Below are positions 26,586 to 35,937 of a DNA stretch of 64,000 nucleotides, in pieces. The notes beneath the pieces were generated by a model. That model saw only the letters and a list, made by a program, of their open reading frames with translations, had not been told where the DNA came from and ran no database searches. Origin of the DNA: an uncultured Pseudomonadales bacterium. Lineage in GTDB: Bacteria; Patescibacteriota; Microgenomatia; UBA1400; UBA1396. The translations under genes were made by a program, and so were the position numbers. The stretch is taken from the NCBI GenBank assembly GCA_964519905.1, contig CAZFLN010000003.1, positions 1,413 through 65,412 on the forward strand, in the 5' to 3' direction. Positions within the stretch are counted from its first letter, which is position 1, and the number at the start of each line of letters is the position of its first letter.

Positions 26586-28628
26586 ATGTCACAAACTGCT
26601 GCACAGCCCAATCAGGACTGGAAACAGTCTGGATTCAAGAAAGCAAATACTTCTTCACCGGAAGAGCGTGAGGCACCACTCACCAGAGTGATTCCTGCGG
26701 TGCCTGTTGCGGCGACTTCTAGAATTTCTGGAAATGGTTCCAAGAAATTCTGGCATCGTTCTCGTAAGTTTTGGATGATTACTGGCTCCGTGGCTGCGGT
26801 TTTTGCTTTTGTTTTTGGAGTGGCTGCGGTTCTCGGTTTTTGGACCTACGGAAAAGTTCAGAAAATTCAGGCTGATGCCCAAACTATTCAGGCTGAAGGT
26901 CGATTGTTTTATGATGCCTTCAAAGGGCAGAACTTACCACAGTCTCGAGTTCATCTTGAGAATGTGAAGCAGCGTTTAGTGAGCGCTGACGAGACGTATC
27001 AAGAATTAAGCCTGTATAAAAATATTCCGTTTGCTAGTCGATACTACAACGACGGAACCGCGGGTATTACTGCGGCACATGCTGGTATTCGGGCTGGCGA
27101 AAAGTTCTTAGATGCTATCGAGCCACATGCTGATTTGCTGGGATTCTCTGGCGAGGAAGTTTACTTTGGCACTACCGAAGATCGTGTTGGTATGGTCTTA
27201 GAAACCCTGAGCCAAATTGCTCCGCAGCTTGATGGGATTGCTGAAGAAATCGATGTAGTAAAGCAAAACCTCGACACGATTGATCCGATGGATTATCCAG
27301 AGGAATTCCGCGGATATCCATTGCGACAATTGCTTATGCAGGCACGTGGTGGCGCGGAAGCGGCAGAAATTGCCTTAAACGAAGCTCGTCCAGCCTTGGA
27401 ACGTCTGCCCGCTATTGCCGGTGCGGAAGGTCGTCGCAAATACTTAGTCATTTTCCAAAACGATAATGAGCTCCGTCCAACGGGTGGATTTATGACCGCC
27501 TATGCCGTGGTTTTTGTGGAAGACGGAAAAGTCACGCCAGAAAAGTCAGACGACATTTACGAGCTCGACAAAAAATTCCGGAACAAACCAGCTATTCCCG
27601 CTATTCTTGGCAAGTATTTGACCACTGAGAGTACTTGGAACCTTCGAGATATGAACATGGATCCAGATTTTGCTACCTCTATGCAGACTTTCTATGAGCA
27701 TTACTCCAAACTTCCTGGCGAGCCGCAGGATATCGACGGCATTATCGCGGTCGATACAGAGCTGCTGAAGAAAGTGGTAGACGTAATTGGCCCAGTTGAG
27801 GTTCCTGGGTACGGAACTTTCTCAAGTCAGATTCTTCCACGATGTGATTGTCCGCAGATTATTTACATGTTGTCCGAAATTATTGACCGGCCAACTCCGT
27901 ACATCCGCGAAAATCGAAAAGGTATCTTGGCTCCAATGATGCAGTCGATTATTCAAAAGACCTATGCTTCTCCTCGAGAAACTTGGCCACAGCTGGCGCA
28001 GATTGCTTGGGAAGGGATCCAAGGCCGCCACGTGCAGATGTACTTCTTTAATGAGGAAGATCAAATCGCCGCCAAGGCAGTGAAAGCAGCTGGTGTTTTA
28101 CCAGATACTTCTGTTGAGGGTGATTTCTTAGCCGTTATTGATGCCAACTTGGCAGGGGCGAAGTCAAACTTATTTATCGACACCTCTGCTGAAGTACAGG
28201 TACAAAGTGTGGAAAATGGAGTAGTGACCAAGCAGGTCGAGATGACCTATCGCAACACGCATCCACCAAGCAATTGTAACCTCGAAGCTGGTGAACTCTG
28301 TTTGAACGGTTTGTTGAACGACTGGAGTCGCTGGTATGTGCCAAAAGGTGCGCAAGTTCAGGAAGCACTTGGGTTTAAGAATGAGTACACCATCGATACC
28401 AGTCACCCAGATTACGACGTGATCGAAGGATTCTTTACTGTCGCACCGCTGGCTCAAGCCAAGGTTCGTATCACCTACTCGGTTCCATATTCTGGCCCAG
28501 AGAATGCCTACGTCTTTACTCTGCAGAAGCAGGGTGGACTGGACATGATTTCTACGAACATTATTACGCCATGGGGGAGCGAAGAGATTGATTTGGTCGC
28601 TGACCGAACCTTCCGCTTCGCCCGCTAG
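26586..28628 (+). CDS. large single-pass membrane-anchored extracytoplasmic protein (possibly DUF4012 family)
   Basis: 680 aa. Disordered N-terminus, one TM (WMITGSVAAVFAFVFGVAAVLGFW) and a long soluble domain. It sits directly downstream of the priming transferase. Confidence 0.4.
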   Translation: MSQTAAQPNQDWKQSGFKKANTSSPEEREAPLTRVIPAVPVAATSRISGNGSKKFWHRSRKFWMITGSVAAVFAFVFGVAAVLGFWTYGKVQKIQADAQTIQAEGRLFYDAFKGQNLPQSRVHLENVKQRLVSADETYQELSLYKNIPFASRYYNDGTAGITAAHAGIRAGEKFLDAIEPHADLLGFSGEEVYFGTTEDRVGMVLETLSQIAPQLDGIAEEIDVVKQNLDTIDPMDYPEEFRGYPLRQLLMQARGGAEAAEIALNEARPALERLPAIAGAEGRRKYLVIFQNDNELRPTGGFMTAYAVVFVEDGKVTPEKSDDIYELDKKFRNKPAIPAILGKYLTTESTWNLRDMNMDPDFATSMQTFYEHYSKLPGEPQDIDGIIAVDTELLKKVVDVIGPVEVPGYGTFSSQILPRCDCPQIIYMLSEIIDRPTPYIRENRKGILAPMMQSIIQKTYASPRETWPQLAQIAWEGIQGRHVQMYFFNEEDQIAAKAVKAAGVLPDTSVEGDFLAVIDANLAGAKSNLFIDTSAEVQVQSVENGVVTKQVEMTYRNTHPPSNCNLEAGELCLNGLLNDWSRWYVPKGAQVQEALGFKNEYTIDTSHPDYDVIEGFFTVAPLAQAKVRITYSVPYSGPENAYVFTLQKQGGLDMISTNIITPWGSEEIDLVADRTFRFAR

Positions 28629-28631
28629 TGC

Positions 28632-29183
28632 ATGAATCGGCTGGGCCAAACATCGGTTGCGCTGATTCTCCACGGTCGTGATCTCAAGGAGACTGATCGA
28701 CTGATTACGATTCTCACTCCCGAATTTGGCCGACTCACCTTGACTGCAAAGGGAGTACGTAAGCTCAAATCCAAGCGCGCTGCAGCATTGAACGTCGGGA
28801 ATATTGTGCGGTGTAGTTGGGTCACCAAGAACGACTGGCATACACTCACCGAAGTGGTAAACCGAGAGTCACTGTTGGGAACGGGCGCGAGTTTGGAAAG
28901 AATGCGCGATTTTTCTGGATTACTGGAAATGATGTATCACCTGAGTGCCGAAGGAATCGATCAGGCTGATCTGTACGACCATGCCGTGCGCCTGCTTCGT
29001 ACGGTTGGACAGCAAGCTGACTACAACCGTGGGTGGGTACGCCAACAGTTGCTCGAGCTTGCCGAGATGCACGGATTTTTGGAAGAATCGAGTCAGCAGC
29101 AGCCGAGCCAATCCGTCACCCAGATTTTTGAGGCACTCCTGGAACGACCCTTGCGAAGCTTTGGATTTTTGACGGTGGAGTAA
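28632..29183 (+). CDS. recO: DNA repair protein RecO (short form)
   Basis: N-terminal OB-fold block ALILHGRDLKETDRLITILTPEFGRLTLTAKGVRKLKSKRAAAL. Only 183 aa, with no zinc-finger region. Confidence 0.65.
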   Translation: MNRLGQTSVALILHGRDLKETDRLITILTPEFGRLTLTAKGVRKLKSKRAAALNVGNIVRCSWVTKNDWHTLTEVVNRESLLGTGASLERMRDFSGLLEMMYHLSAEGIDQADLYDHAVRLLRTVGQQADYNRGWVRQQLLELAEMHGFLEESSQQQPSQSVTQIFEALLERPLRSFGFLTVE

Positions 29184-29214
29184 CGATTCTCCAGAAACCT
29201 GTTTTCTGCTCTCC

Positions 29215-30627
29215 ATGATATACTTTCCCGATATGTCGTCCGTTTCTTTAGATACTATCGCTGCTTTGGCCAAACGCCGCGGGTTTGTGTACCCGACCTC
29301 CGAAATTTACGGTGGTTTAGGCAATAGTTATGACTACGGTCCGATGGGAACCGAACTGATGCGCAACATTCGCAATTTATGGTGGAAGCGTTTTGTGCAG
29401 CAACGAGCCGACATGCAAGGTTTGGACAGCGCCATTATTTTGCATCCGCAGACTTGGGTGGCTTCTGGTCACGTGGCATCGTTTACCGATCCAATGGTCG
29501 AGGATCGTGTCACCAACAAACGTTACAGAGCTGATCACTTGATCGAAGCCTGGATTGCTGAGCAGCCAGCCGAAAAATTCGCTGAAGTAGTGGTGGAAAA
29601 AATGAAGACACCAGACATGGCCAAGTTTATCGCTGACAACAAAATCCTCAGCCCAGAAGGCAATCCCATTAGTGAACCAAAGGACTTTAACATTCTGTTC
29701 GAGACGGCGATTGGTGCTGTGAGCGGTGAGAAATCTGTAGCCTACTTGCGCGGCGAAACAGCCCAAGGAATTTTTAGTAACTTTAAACAAGTCATGAACT
29801 CAACTCGCGCCAAGCTCCCGTTTGGATTGGGTCAAATCGGAAAAAGTTTCCGGAACGAAATTACGCTCGGACAGTTTGTGTTCCGTACTTTGGAGTTTGA
29901 GCAAGCGGAAATTGAGTACTTCTTCGATCCAGAGTCAAGTGAGTGGCAGCCAATCTTCGAAAACTGGAAAGATGCCATGTGGCGTTTCGTAACCGAAGAT
30001 CTCGGGGTAAACACCGATGATCTGCGCTGGCGCGAACATCGCGACGAAGAGCGGAGTCACTACAGCAAACGCACCGAAGACTTAGAGTATAAATTCCCAT
30101 TTGGTGGTTTCAAGGAACTGTGGGGAATTGCGTATCGCACGGACTACGACTTGCAACAACACATCAAGCACTCTGGTCAAGATTTGAGCGTGGTTGACAG
30201 CGCGACTGGACGAAAGTTTGTGCCACACGTGATTGAACCAGCATTGGGCGTGAATCGCGCGTTCCTGATGGTGCTGTGCAGCAGTTACTGGTACGACGAG
30301 GAACGCGCCCGTACCGTTCTGCGCCTGCCTGCCAAGTTGGCACCCTATCGTGCAGCAGTCTTCCCGTTGCTCAAGAATAAGCCAGAGTTAGTCGCCAAAG
30401 CACAAGAATTGTTCAATGCGTTATTGCCTGAAGTTTCGGTCAACTGGGACGACCGAGGCAATATCGGGAAGCGTTACTTGAGCCAAGACGAAATCGGAAC
30501 TCCAGTTTGTTTAACGGTCGACTTCCAGACACTCGAAGACAACACTGTTACCTGGCGCGATCGCGATTCAGCCGAGCAAATTCGCGTTCCGATTGCAGAA
30601 ATCTTGCCAAAGTTACTGACTCTCTAA
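29215..30627 (+). CDS. glyQS: glycine--tRNA ligase (class II, dimeric GlyQS type)
   Basis: AKRRGFVYPTSEIYGGLGNSYDYGPMG, motif-2-like FRNEITLGQFVFRTLEFEQAEIEYF and GVNRAFLMVL. The true start may be the Met at 29233. Confidence 0.85.
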   Translation: MIYFPDMSSVSLDTIAALAKRRGFVYPTSEIYGGLGNSYDYGPMGTELMRNIRNLWWKRFVQQRADMQGLDSAIILHPQTWVASGHVASFTDPMVEDRVTNKRYRADHLIEAWIAEQPAEKFAEVVVEKMKTPDMAKFIADNKILSPEGNPISEPKDFNILFETAIGAVSGEKSVAYLRGETAQGIFSNFKQVMNSTRAKLPFGLGQIGKSFRNEITLGQFVFRTLEFEQAEIEYFFDPESSEWQPIFENWKDAMWRFVTEDLGVNTDDLRWREHRDEERSHYSKRTEDLEYKFPFGGFKELWGIAYRTDYDLQQHIKHSGQDLSVVDSATGRKFVPHVIEPALGVNRAFLMVLCSSYWYDEERARTVLRLPAKLAPYRAAVFPLLKNKPELVAKAQELFNALLPEVSVNWDDRGNIGKRYLSQDEIGTPVCLTVDFQTLEDNTVTWRDRDSAEQIRVPIAEILPKLLTL

Positions 30628-31262
30628 CGATTGTTTCGTTCTTGTTGTCGGGTGCTGATGCTGGAAAGTCTAAGATTGATTTTGTCAAAAATTTCTGACT
30701 TGCGCTGTTGTTGATAGATTACTTGACTCACAGAAGGATAAACTCTGAGACCGTGTCGACGCAAAAGATAATAGACATCTTTTCCTTGACGGTCATCTGG
30801 CACACAGAGTGCTTCTTCGTTTTGCAGTCTTTTCCCAAGACCAAAATAGGCAGTTTGCTCAAAGCAGAGAAAAAAGTGGAGAAGAAACGAAGTGTAAGCG
30901 CTTTCTACCAGTGTCTCTCCTTTTCTACGCAATTCATATACCACGCAATCACCTTGTCGGACAAGACTGAGCAAAAAAGGATTTTTTTGTGTACTCATGA
31001 TCCTTGAAGACTCTGCCAATACATGTCTGCCGCTTGGAGTTTTCGATCTCAGATCATTGTTGAGAATTTCAGTAATTCCGTCGAGAAAATTTTGCTGTTG
31101 TTCAGAAAGGAGAATTGGCACTTCTGGTGGTACAAAGTTGTTCGCAAGTTGTCGAACTTTACTTTCTCGCCGCTTTCTTTTTGTAAACGGAAACGCAATT
31201 GGTTGCTCAAATTTGTTTTTCATATCTTGGCTATCTGCTATGATAAATAAATGTTTGCACAA
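30624..31262 (-). CDS. hypothetical basic protein
   Basis: 212-aa complete ORF. K/R-rich C-terminal third. No secure family. Its 5' end overlaps the divergent downstream gene start. Confidence 0.35.
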   Translation of the reverse strand: MCKHLFIIADSQDMKNKFEQPIAFPFTKRKRRESKVRQLANNFVPPEVPILLSEQQQNFLDGITEILNNDLRSKTPSGRHVLAESSRIMSTQKNPFLLSLVRQGDCVVYELRRKGETLVESAYTSFLLHFFLCFEQTAYFGLGKRLQNEEALCVPDDRQGKDVYYLLRRHGLRVYPSVSQVIYQQQRKSEIFDKINLRLSSISTRQQERNNR

Positions 31263-32072
31263 TTTTCTAAGAAGTATATCGCAATAATCGCCGTTGTCCT
31301 GGGAGGATTTCTTTTAGTCGGTGCTCTGGTGTGGGGCTTAAGCCCTGCTCCAACCGAGCAAGCTGGTCCAACCCCTCGCCCAACCCTTCCACCAGAACCA
31401 GTGAATGTGATTCCGGTCGAAGAGCGCCCATATGCTCGTATTACTCCCACAGTTGACGGACGGACGCTCAAGCTTTCCCTGGAAGCAATAAATAAACCAG
31501 CTGACGAAGCAGAGTACGAAATCGAGTACCAAACAGGTACGGTCTTGCAAGGCGCTGGTGGTTTGTTTTCACTCTCAGCTTTACCAAGTACGCAAGACGT
31601 CCTCTTGGGAAGTTGTAGTGCTGGTGGGAAGTGTAGCTACCATGAAGGCGTGACTGGTGGACAGCTCACCTTCCGGATGAGCGGCGATTCTCGATACGCT
31701 GTGCGGGGTGAGTGGTCATTGTGGAGTAATCCAAGTGGAGCTGAGAGTACTCTTTCTTCCAGAGACGGAAAGTTTGGCTTGTCTGGAACCGGTTTGACAC
31801 GCGTTCGCTACGGGGTTGTTTTCTTGAGCCCTGGATATCCAGCTGAGCTTCCTGGCGAAGCACTGTCTTCCATGTATGCGATTGGAGTCTCGAGCGTGCC
31901 AACAGGGAGCACCGAAGTTTCTCTTCGACTGAACTCCGATGTAGCATCCGCTGACATTGCTGTGTGGGACGGAACAGCCTGGAAAACTGTGTCTGGAACT
32001 GTGGCAGATAAAACGGTAACTGCTTCGCTTGCCACTGTTCCACAGGCCGTGATAGCCGTAACAGCAGAATAG
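31251..32072 (+). CDS. hypothetical secreted/membrane-anchored protein
   Basis: N-terminal TM (IAIIAVVLGGFLLVGALVWGL). Pro-rich linker (PTPRPTLPPEP). Beta-rich G/S/T domain. Confidence 0.45.
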   Translation: MFAQFSKKYIAIIAVVLGGFLLVGALVWGLSPAPTEQAGPTPRPTLPPEPVNVIPVEERPYARITPTVDGRTLKLSLEAINKPADEAEYEIEYQTGTVLQGAGGLFSLSALPSTQDVLLGSCSAGGKCSYHEGVTGGQLTFRMSGDSRYAVRGEWSLWSNPSGAESTLSSRDGKFGLSGTGLTRVRYGVVFLSPGYPAELPGEALSSMYAIGVSSVPTGSTEVSLRLNSDVASADIAVWDGTAWKTVSGTVADKTVTASLATVPQAVIAVTAE

Positions 32073-32111
32073 TGCAGAAAAATTTCAAATCGCTTGGTAT
32101 AATCACCCAGC

Positions 32112-32184
32112 GCCGTCTTAGCTCAGTTGGTAGAGCAGCACCTTTGTAACGTGCAGGTCGTGGGTTCGAGTCCCACAGACGGCT
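32112..32184 (+). tRNA. tRNA-Thr (anticodon UGU)
   Basis: Cloverleaf folded by hand. Acceptor GCCGTCT/AGACGGC, D-arm GCTC-AGTTGGTA-GAGC, anticodon loop TTTGTAA, T-arm GTGGG-TTCGAGT-CCCAC. One C-C mismatch at the base of the anticodon stem. Confidence 0.85.
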
Positions 32185-32238
32185 CCCAAGGTTGAAGGTT
32201 CGACCTTTAGGCCTATAACTCCTGCCCAGGAGAGAAAA

Positions 32239-32799
32239 GTGCTAAAAGAGACGCATCATCTTGATGATCACGTGCTAAGTTTCATGTCTTCTTTTCTTCC
32301 TTCGGAGAGTAAGGTCTCTGGAGATATATTGAATGAGATCGCTAAGATTTCCCGTCTTCTTGCTCAGTCAGAATCATTTCTCGATGGAAGTGTGTTTATC
32401 CCCGAGACTGACTCTTTAGCGCTTGATGCAGAAAAAATCGAGGTTTTTCACCGATGTATTCAAGAAATAGAGATGAGAGCATTTTTTCACAATGCTCAAG
32501 AGTATTTCTTTTCCCTGGTTGGTATGTATGACGAGGTAAGAAGGTTTTTCGTTGAAAACCCTGGATTTGAAAGAAATACGCGCAAGTGGATTCAGGCATA
32601 TTTAGAAGATACCTTCTCGCCAGAGATGTTTTATTGGACCGTGACACTATTTTTATGGCAACGACTTTCCAAGCAGTGTCGAAATATTACCTTGCAAGGA
32701 TTACTTGATGTGGTGAATACAGTGCTGCATTTAGAGCGGAATAACTCGGCTCAAAAGTTCCACAAAAAACTTATTCCTCATCTGACAGTTCTCCGCTAG
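32239..32799 (+). CDS. hypothetical protein
   Basis: 186-aa complete ORF. No recognisable motifs. Confidence 0.35.
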   Translation: MLKETHHLDDHVLSFMSSFLPSESKVSGDILNEIAKISRLLAQSESFLDGSVFIPETDSLALDAEKIEVFHRCIQEIEMRAFFHNAQEYFFSLVGMYDEVRRFFVENPGFERNTRKWIQAYLEDTFSPEMFYWTVTLFLWQRLSKQCRNITLQGLLDVVNTVLHLERNNSAQKFHKKLIPHLTVLR

Positions 32800-32837
32800 C
32801 ATATGATATAATGCACCTCTGACACCAAAAGGAAATT

Positions 32838-33029
32838 ATGGCAAAAAAGAAAAAAGGTCCACGACAAATTGTCGGTCTCAAGTCCACTGAATCTGGACAC
32901 GTTACCTACGTTACCAGTCGTAACAAGCGCAATCGCACCGAAAAAGGTCAAGGCAAGCTCGAACTCATGAAGTACGACCCTGTGCTCCGTAAGCGTGTGT
33001 TGCACAAAGAAGTTGAAAAACTCAAGTAA
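32838..33029 (+). CDS. rpmG: 50S ribosomal protein L33
   Basis: 63 aa (MAKKKKGPRQIVGLKSTESGHVTYVTSRNKRNRTEKGQGKLELMKYDPVLRKRVLHKE). Upstream TATAAT and RBS aaaaggaaa. Confidence 0.85.
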   Translation: MAKKKKGPRQIVGLKSTESGHVTYVTSRNKRNRTEKGQGKLELMKYDPVLRKRVLHKEVEKLK

Positions 33030-33052
33030 ACTTTTTTTCACTCTGAAATTCA

Positions 33053-33082
33053 AACGCCCGGCTAGAAACCGGGCGTTTTTTC
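33053..33082 (+). terminator. Rho-independent terminator after rpmG
   Basis: aacgcccgg-ctagaaa-ccgggcgtt hairpin followed by a T6 run. Confidence 0.8.
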
Positions 33083-33097
33083 TGCCACAATGCCAGT

Positions 33098-33625
33098 ATG
33101 TTTACACTCAATGGTTCACTTGTAAAAGCCGCCGTGTATGGCGCCAATGACGGAATTATTACGACTTTTGCGGTTGTATCTGGAGCGACTGGCGCCAGTA
33201 TGGGTTTGGAAGTGGTCGTGATTCTGGGAATTGCCAATCTTATTGCGGATGGAATCAGTATGGGTGCGAGCGATTATCTTGGTGAGCATGCTGAGCACGA
33301 TTATCTGAAGAGCCAAGGGGAATCGCATGACGATGAGCCGATTTGGCATACTGGCGCCATGACTTTTGCCAGCTTTGTGGTTGCTGGAAGCGTGCCGCTG
33401 ATTCCGTATATTTTGGCATTGGTGGTGCACATTGATCTGCAGCACCAATTTCTCATTTCTTGCTTGGGAGCTGGTCTTGCTTTGTTTTTGGTCGGTGCGG
33501 CTCGAACATTCGTAACGCAAGGGAATTGGGTCAAGAATGGTTTGCAAGTTTTAGTGGTCGGTGCTGGTGCAGCTGCGGTCGCCTACTTCTTAGGTGATGT
33601 AGTGGCTGGTTGGTTCTTGAAATAG
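33098..33625 (+). CDS. VIT1/CCC1 family metal (Fe/Mn) transporter, compact form
   Basis: AAVYGANDGIITTFAVVSGATGA signature. Five hydrophobic segments. 175 aa. Confidence 0.65.
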   Translation: MFTLNGSLVKAAVYGANDGIITTFAVVSGATGASMGLEVVVILGIANLIADGISMGASDYLGEHAEHDYLKSQGESHDDEPIWHTGAMTFASFVVAGSVPLIPYILALVVHIDLQHQFLISCLGAGLALFLVGAARTFVTQGNWVKNGLQVLVVGAGAAAVAYFLGDVVAGWFLK

Positions 33626-33638
33626 AGAGCAGTAAAAA

Positions 33639-35804
33639 CTAAATCTCGATTCGCTCAATCGTGTCACGAATTTTGGCCGCGAGTTCGAAGTTCCAGTCTT
33701 TCGACGCCTCGTTCATCACGCGCTTGAGTTGCTTGACGAGTTGGGCGGCATCTTGTGGAGTCAGTGAATCAGCCTGAATATCCTCTAGCACGACATGTTG
33801 TCGTTTATTGAGTTGCAGTATTGTTTCTCCACGCTTGGGGGATTTTCCGGCTGCTGAGTCAACGGTGAATCGTTTGTCTCGATTTTTGAAGACACCAGGA
33901 AGAGTGTTTTCGTCATCTTCTTCGCGTTGAATGAGCTGTTCTCGAATTGGTTTGCTAATTGAGGCTGGAGTGATGCCATGTTTTTCGTTGTAGGCAACCT
34001 GAATTTCTCGACGGCGGTCTATTTCGTCGATGGCCTCGCGCATGGAGCGAGTAATTTTATCGGCGTACAAGATCGCTCGGCCCTCGACGTGACGTGCTGC
34101 GCGACCCATTGTTTGGATCAGTGAAGATCGAGAACGCAAGAATCCTTCTTGGTCGGCGTCGAGTACTGCTACGAGTGTGACCTCAGGGAGATCAAGTCCT
34201 TCCCGCAATAAGTTCACGCCGATAACAGCGTCGTACACGCCGCGCCGCAAGTCATCCAGAATGTCAGAGCGATCCAGTGTTTCGATGTCTGAGTGCAAGT
34301 ACTGCACTTTCGGGAGATACTCTGGGTTTTCGACTCGATCATAGCCAGCAGTTTCCAGCACTTGGTTCATTTTTTTGTGATCATTCAAATACTCGGTGAG
34401 TGTTTCAGCCATTTTTTTTGTAAGGGTGGTGACAATAGCTCTTTGATGGAGTTTCTTGCGAAGCACCAGTTCGTTTAATAAGTCTGGGACTTGGCCCTTC
34501 ACTGGTCGAATTTCGATTGGAGGATCAGTGAGGCCGGTTGGACGGACGATTTGCTCCACAACAGAGTTCTCAGAACGATCGATTTCCCACTGATTTGGTG
34601 TGGCAGATACAAAAATCGTGTCGTTTGTTTTCTGTAAGAATTCGTCAAACTGTAATGGGCGATTATCAATGGCCGCCGGGAGACGAAATCCGTACTCAAT
34701 GAGATTCTTCTTGCGAGATTGATCTCCAGCGTACATTCCACCAATTTGTGGCACCGTAATGTGGCTCTCATCGATGACGGTTAAGAAAGAACCGTCACCA
34801 AATTTATTGGCGTTGTACTTGAAGAATTCAAGCATAGAAAAAGGTGGTTCTCCTGGCTGTCGACCATCGAAGTAGCGGGAATAGTTTTCGATACCGTTTA
34901 CAAATCCAACTTCACGGAGCATATCGAGATCGTGGAGTGTCCGCTGCTCTAATCGATACGCTTCTACCACTTTTCCTGCCGACTTCAGTTCGGCCACGCG
35001 GGTACGAAGATCAGCTTCGATTTGAGCTAAAACCGGTGTTTTATCACTCCCGGCAATATAGTGTTTGGCTGGATAAATGGTGATTTTATTGAGGGGACCA
35101 GCGGCTTTATCCCAAGGAGATCCAGAAGTTGGATCAATAATTTCCAGTTGGGTGATCTGATCTGCGGGAATGGTAATGGTGAGCGCCCAACTCTCGTGAG
35201 CTGGCCAAATTTGAATCTGGTCTCCTCTGAGTCGGAAGGTTCCGCGGAGCAAATCCGTGTTTGTCCGGGTGTACTGCATGTCGGTAAAACGTTGAATGAG
35301 CGTTTGACGAGGGATCATTTCTCCGTCGATCAGCCGAATGGCCAAATGCTCAATATCGTCTGGTTTTCCAATGTTGTAAATACACGACACGGAGGAGATA
35401 ACAATCGTGTCAGGTCGAGACAGCAAATTTGCCGTTGCAGCCAGGCGAAGTTTGTCTATTTCGTCGTTGATTGTTGCTTCCTTTTCGATGTAGGTGTCGG
35501 TCGTGGCAATATAGGCTTCTGGTTGATAGTAATCGTAATACGAAACAAAATAACTCACGGCATTGTTTGGGAAAAATTCACGAAACTCTTGGTACAGTTG
35601 AGCGGCAAGTGTTTTGTTATGAGCAATAATAAGTGTTGGTTTTTGCAGTTGCTGAATAGTGTGGGCGATTGTAAATGTTTTTCCAGACCCAGTCACACCC
35701 AGCAGAACCTGATTCTGCTGACCAGATCGAGAATTTTCGACTAACTTCTCAATCGCTTTTGGCTGATCTCCGGCTGGTGTGTAGTTGGATTTTAGTTGAA
35801 ACAT
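33639..35804 (-). CDS. uvrB: excinuclease ABC subunit B
   Basis: LLGVTGSGKTF, NKTLAAQLYQEFREFFPNNAVSYFVSYYDYYQPEAY and a C-terminal UVR-domain-like helix. A TATAAT element lies ~20 nt upstream on the minus strand. Confidence 0.95.
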   Translation of the reverse strand: MFQLKSNYTPAGDQPKAIEKLVENSRSGQQNQVLLGVTGSGKTFTIAHTIQQLQKPTLIIAHNKTLAAQLYQEFREFFPNNAVSYFVSYYDYYQPEAYIATTDTYIEKEATINDEIDKLRLAATANLLSRPDTIVISSVSCIYNIGKPDDIEHLAIRLIDGEMIPRQTLIQRFTDMQYTRTNTDLLRGTFRLRGDQIQIWPAHESWALTITIPADQITQLEIIDPTSGSPWDKAAGPLNKITIYPAKHYIAGSDKTPVLAQIEADLRTRVAELKSAGKVVEAYRLEQRTLHDLDMLREVGFVNGIENYSRYFDGRQPGEPPFSMLEFFKYNANKFGDGSFLTVIDESHITVPQIGGMYAGDQSRKKNLIEYGFRLPAAIDNRPLQFDEFLQKTNDTIFVSATPNQWEIDRSENSVVEQIVRPTGLTDPPIEIRPVKGQVPDLLNELVLRKKLHQRAIVTTLTKKMAETLTEYLNDHKKMNQVLETAGYDRVENPEYLPKVQYLHSDIETLDRSDILDDLRRGVYDAVIGVNLLREGLDLPEVTLVAVLDADQEGFLRSRSSLIQTMGRAARHVEGRAILYADKITRSMREAIDEIDRRREIQVAYNEKHGITPASISKPIREQLIQREEDDENTLPGVFKNRDKRFTVDSAAGKSPKRGETILQLNKRQHVVLEDIQADSLTPQDAAQLVKQLKRVMNEASKDWNFELAAKIRDTIERIEI

Positions 35805-35937
35805 ATATGCTTTTAGGCATCTAGCATTATAACATTTTATGAGTCGTATTGCGATTGTGTGCGGAGAGAATCCAGATTTGTTGCTGCTTGAGCGAATGTC
35901 GTATACTAAGCATCTGTTTGAGTGAGCAGAGAATGGA

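Noticed and set aside
32188-32238. Short hairpin (aaggttcgacctt) after tRNA-Thr
   Set aside because: It has only a 5-bp stem and no U-tract, which is insufficient to call a terminator or an RNA element.
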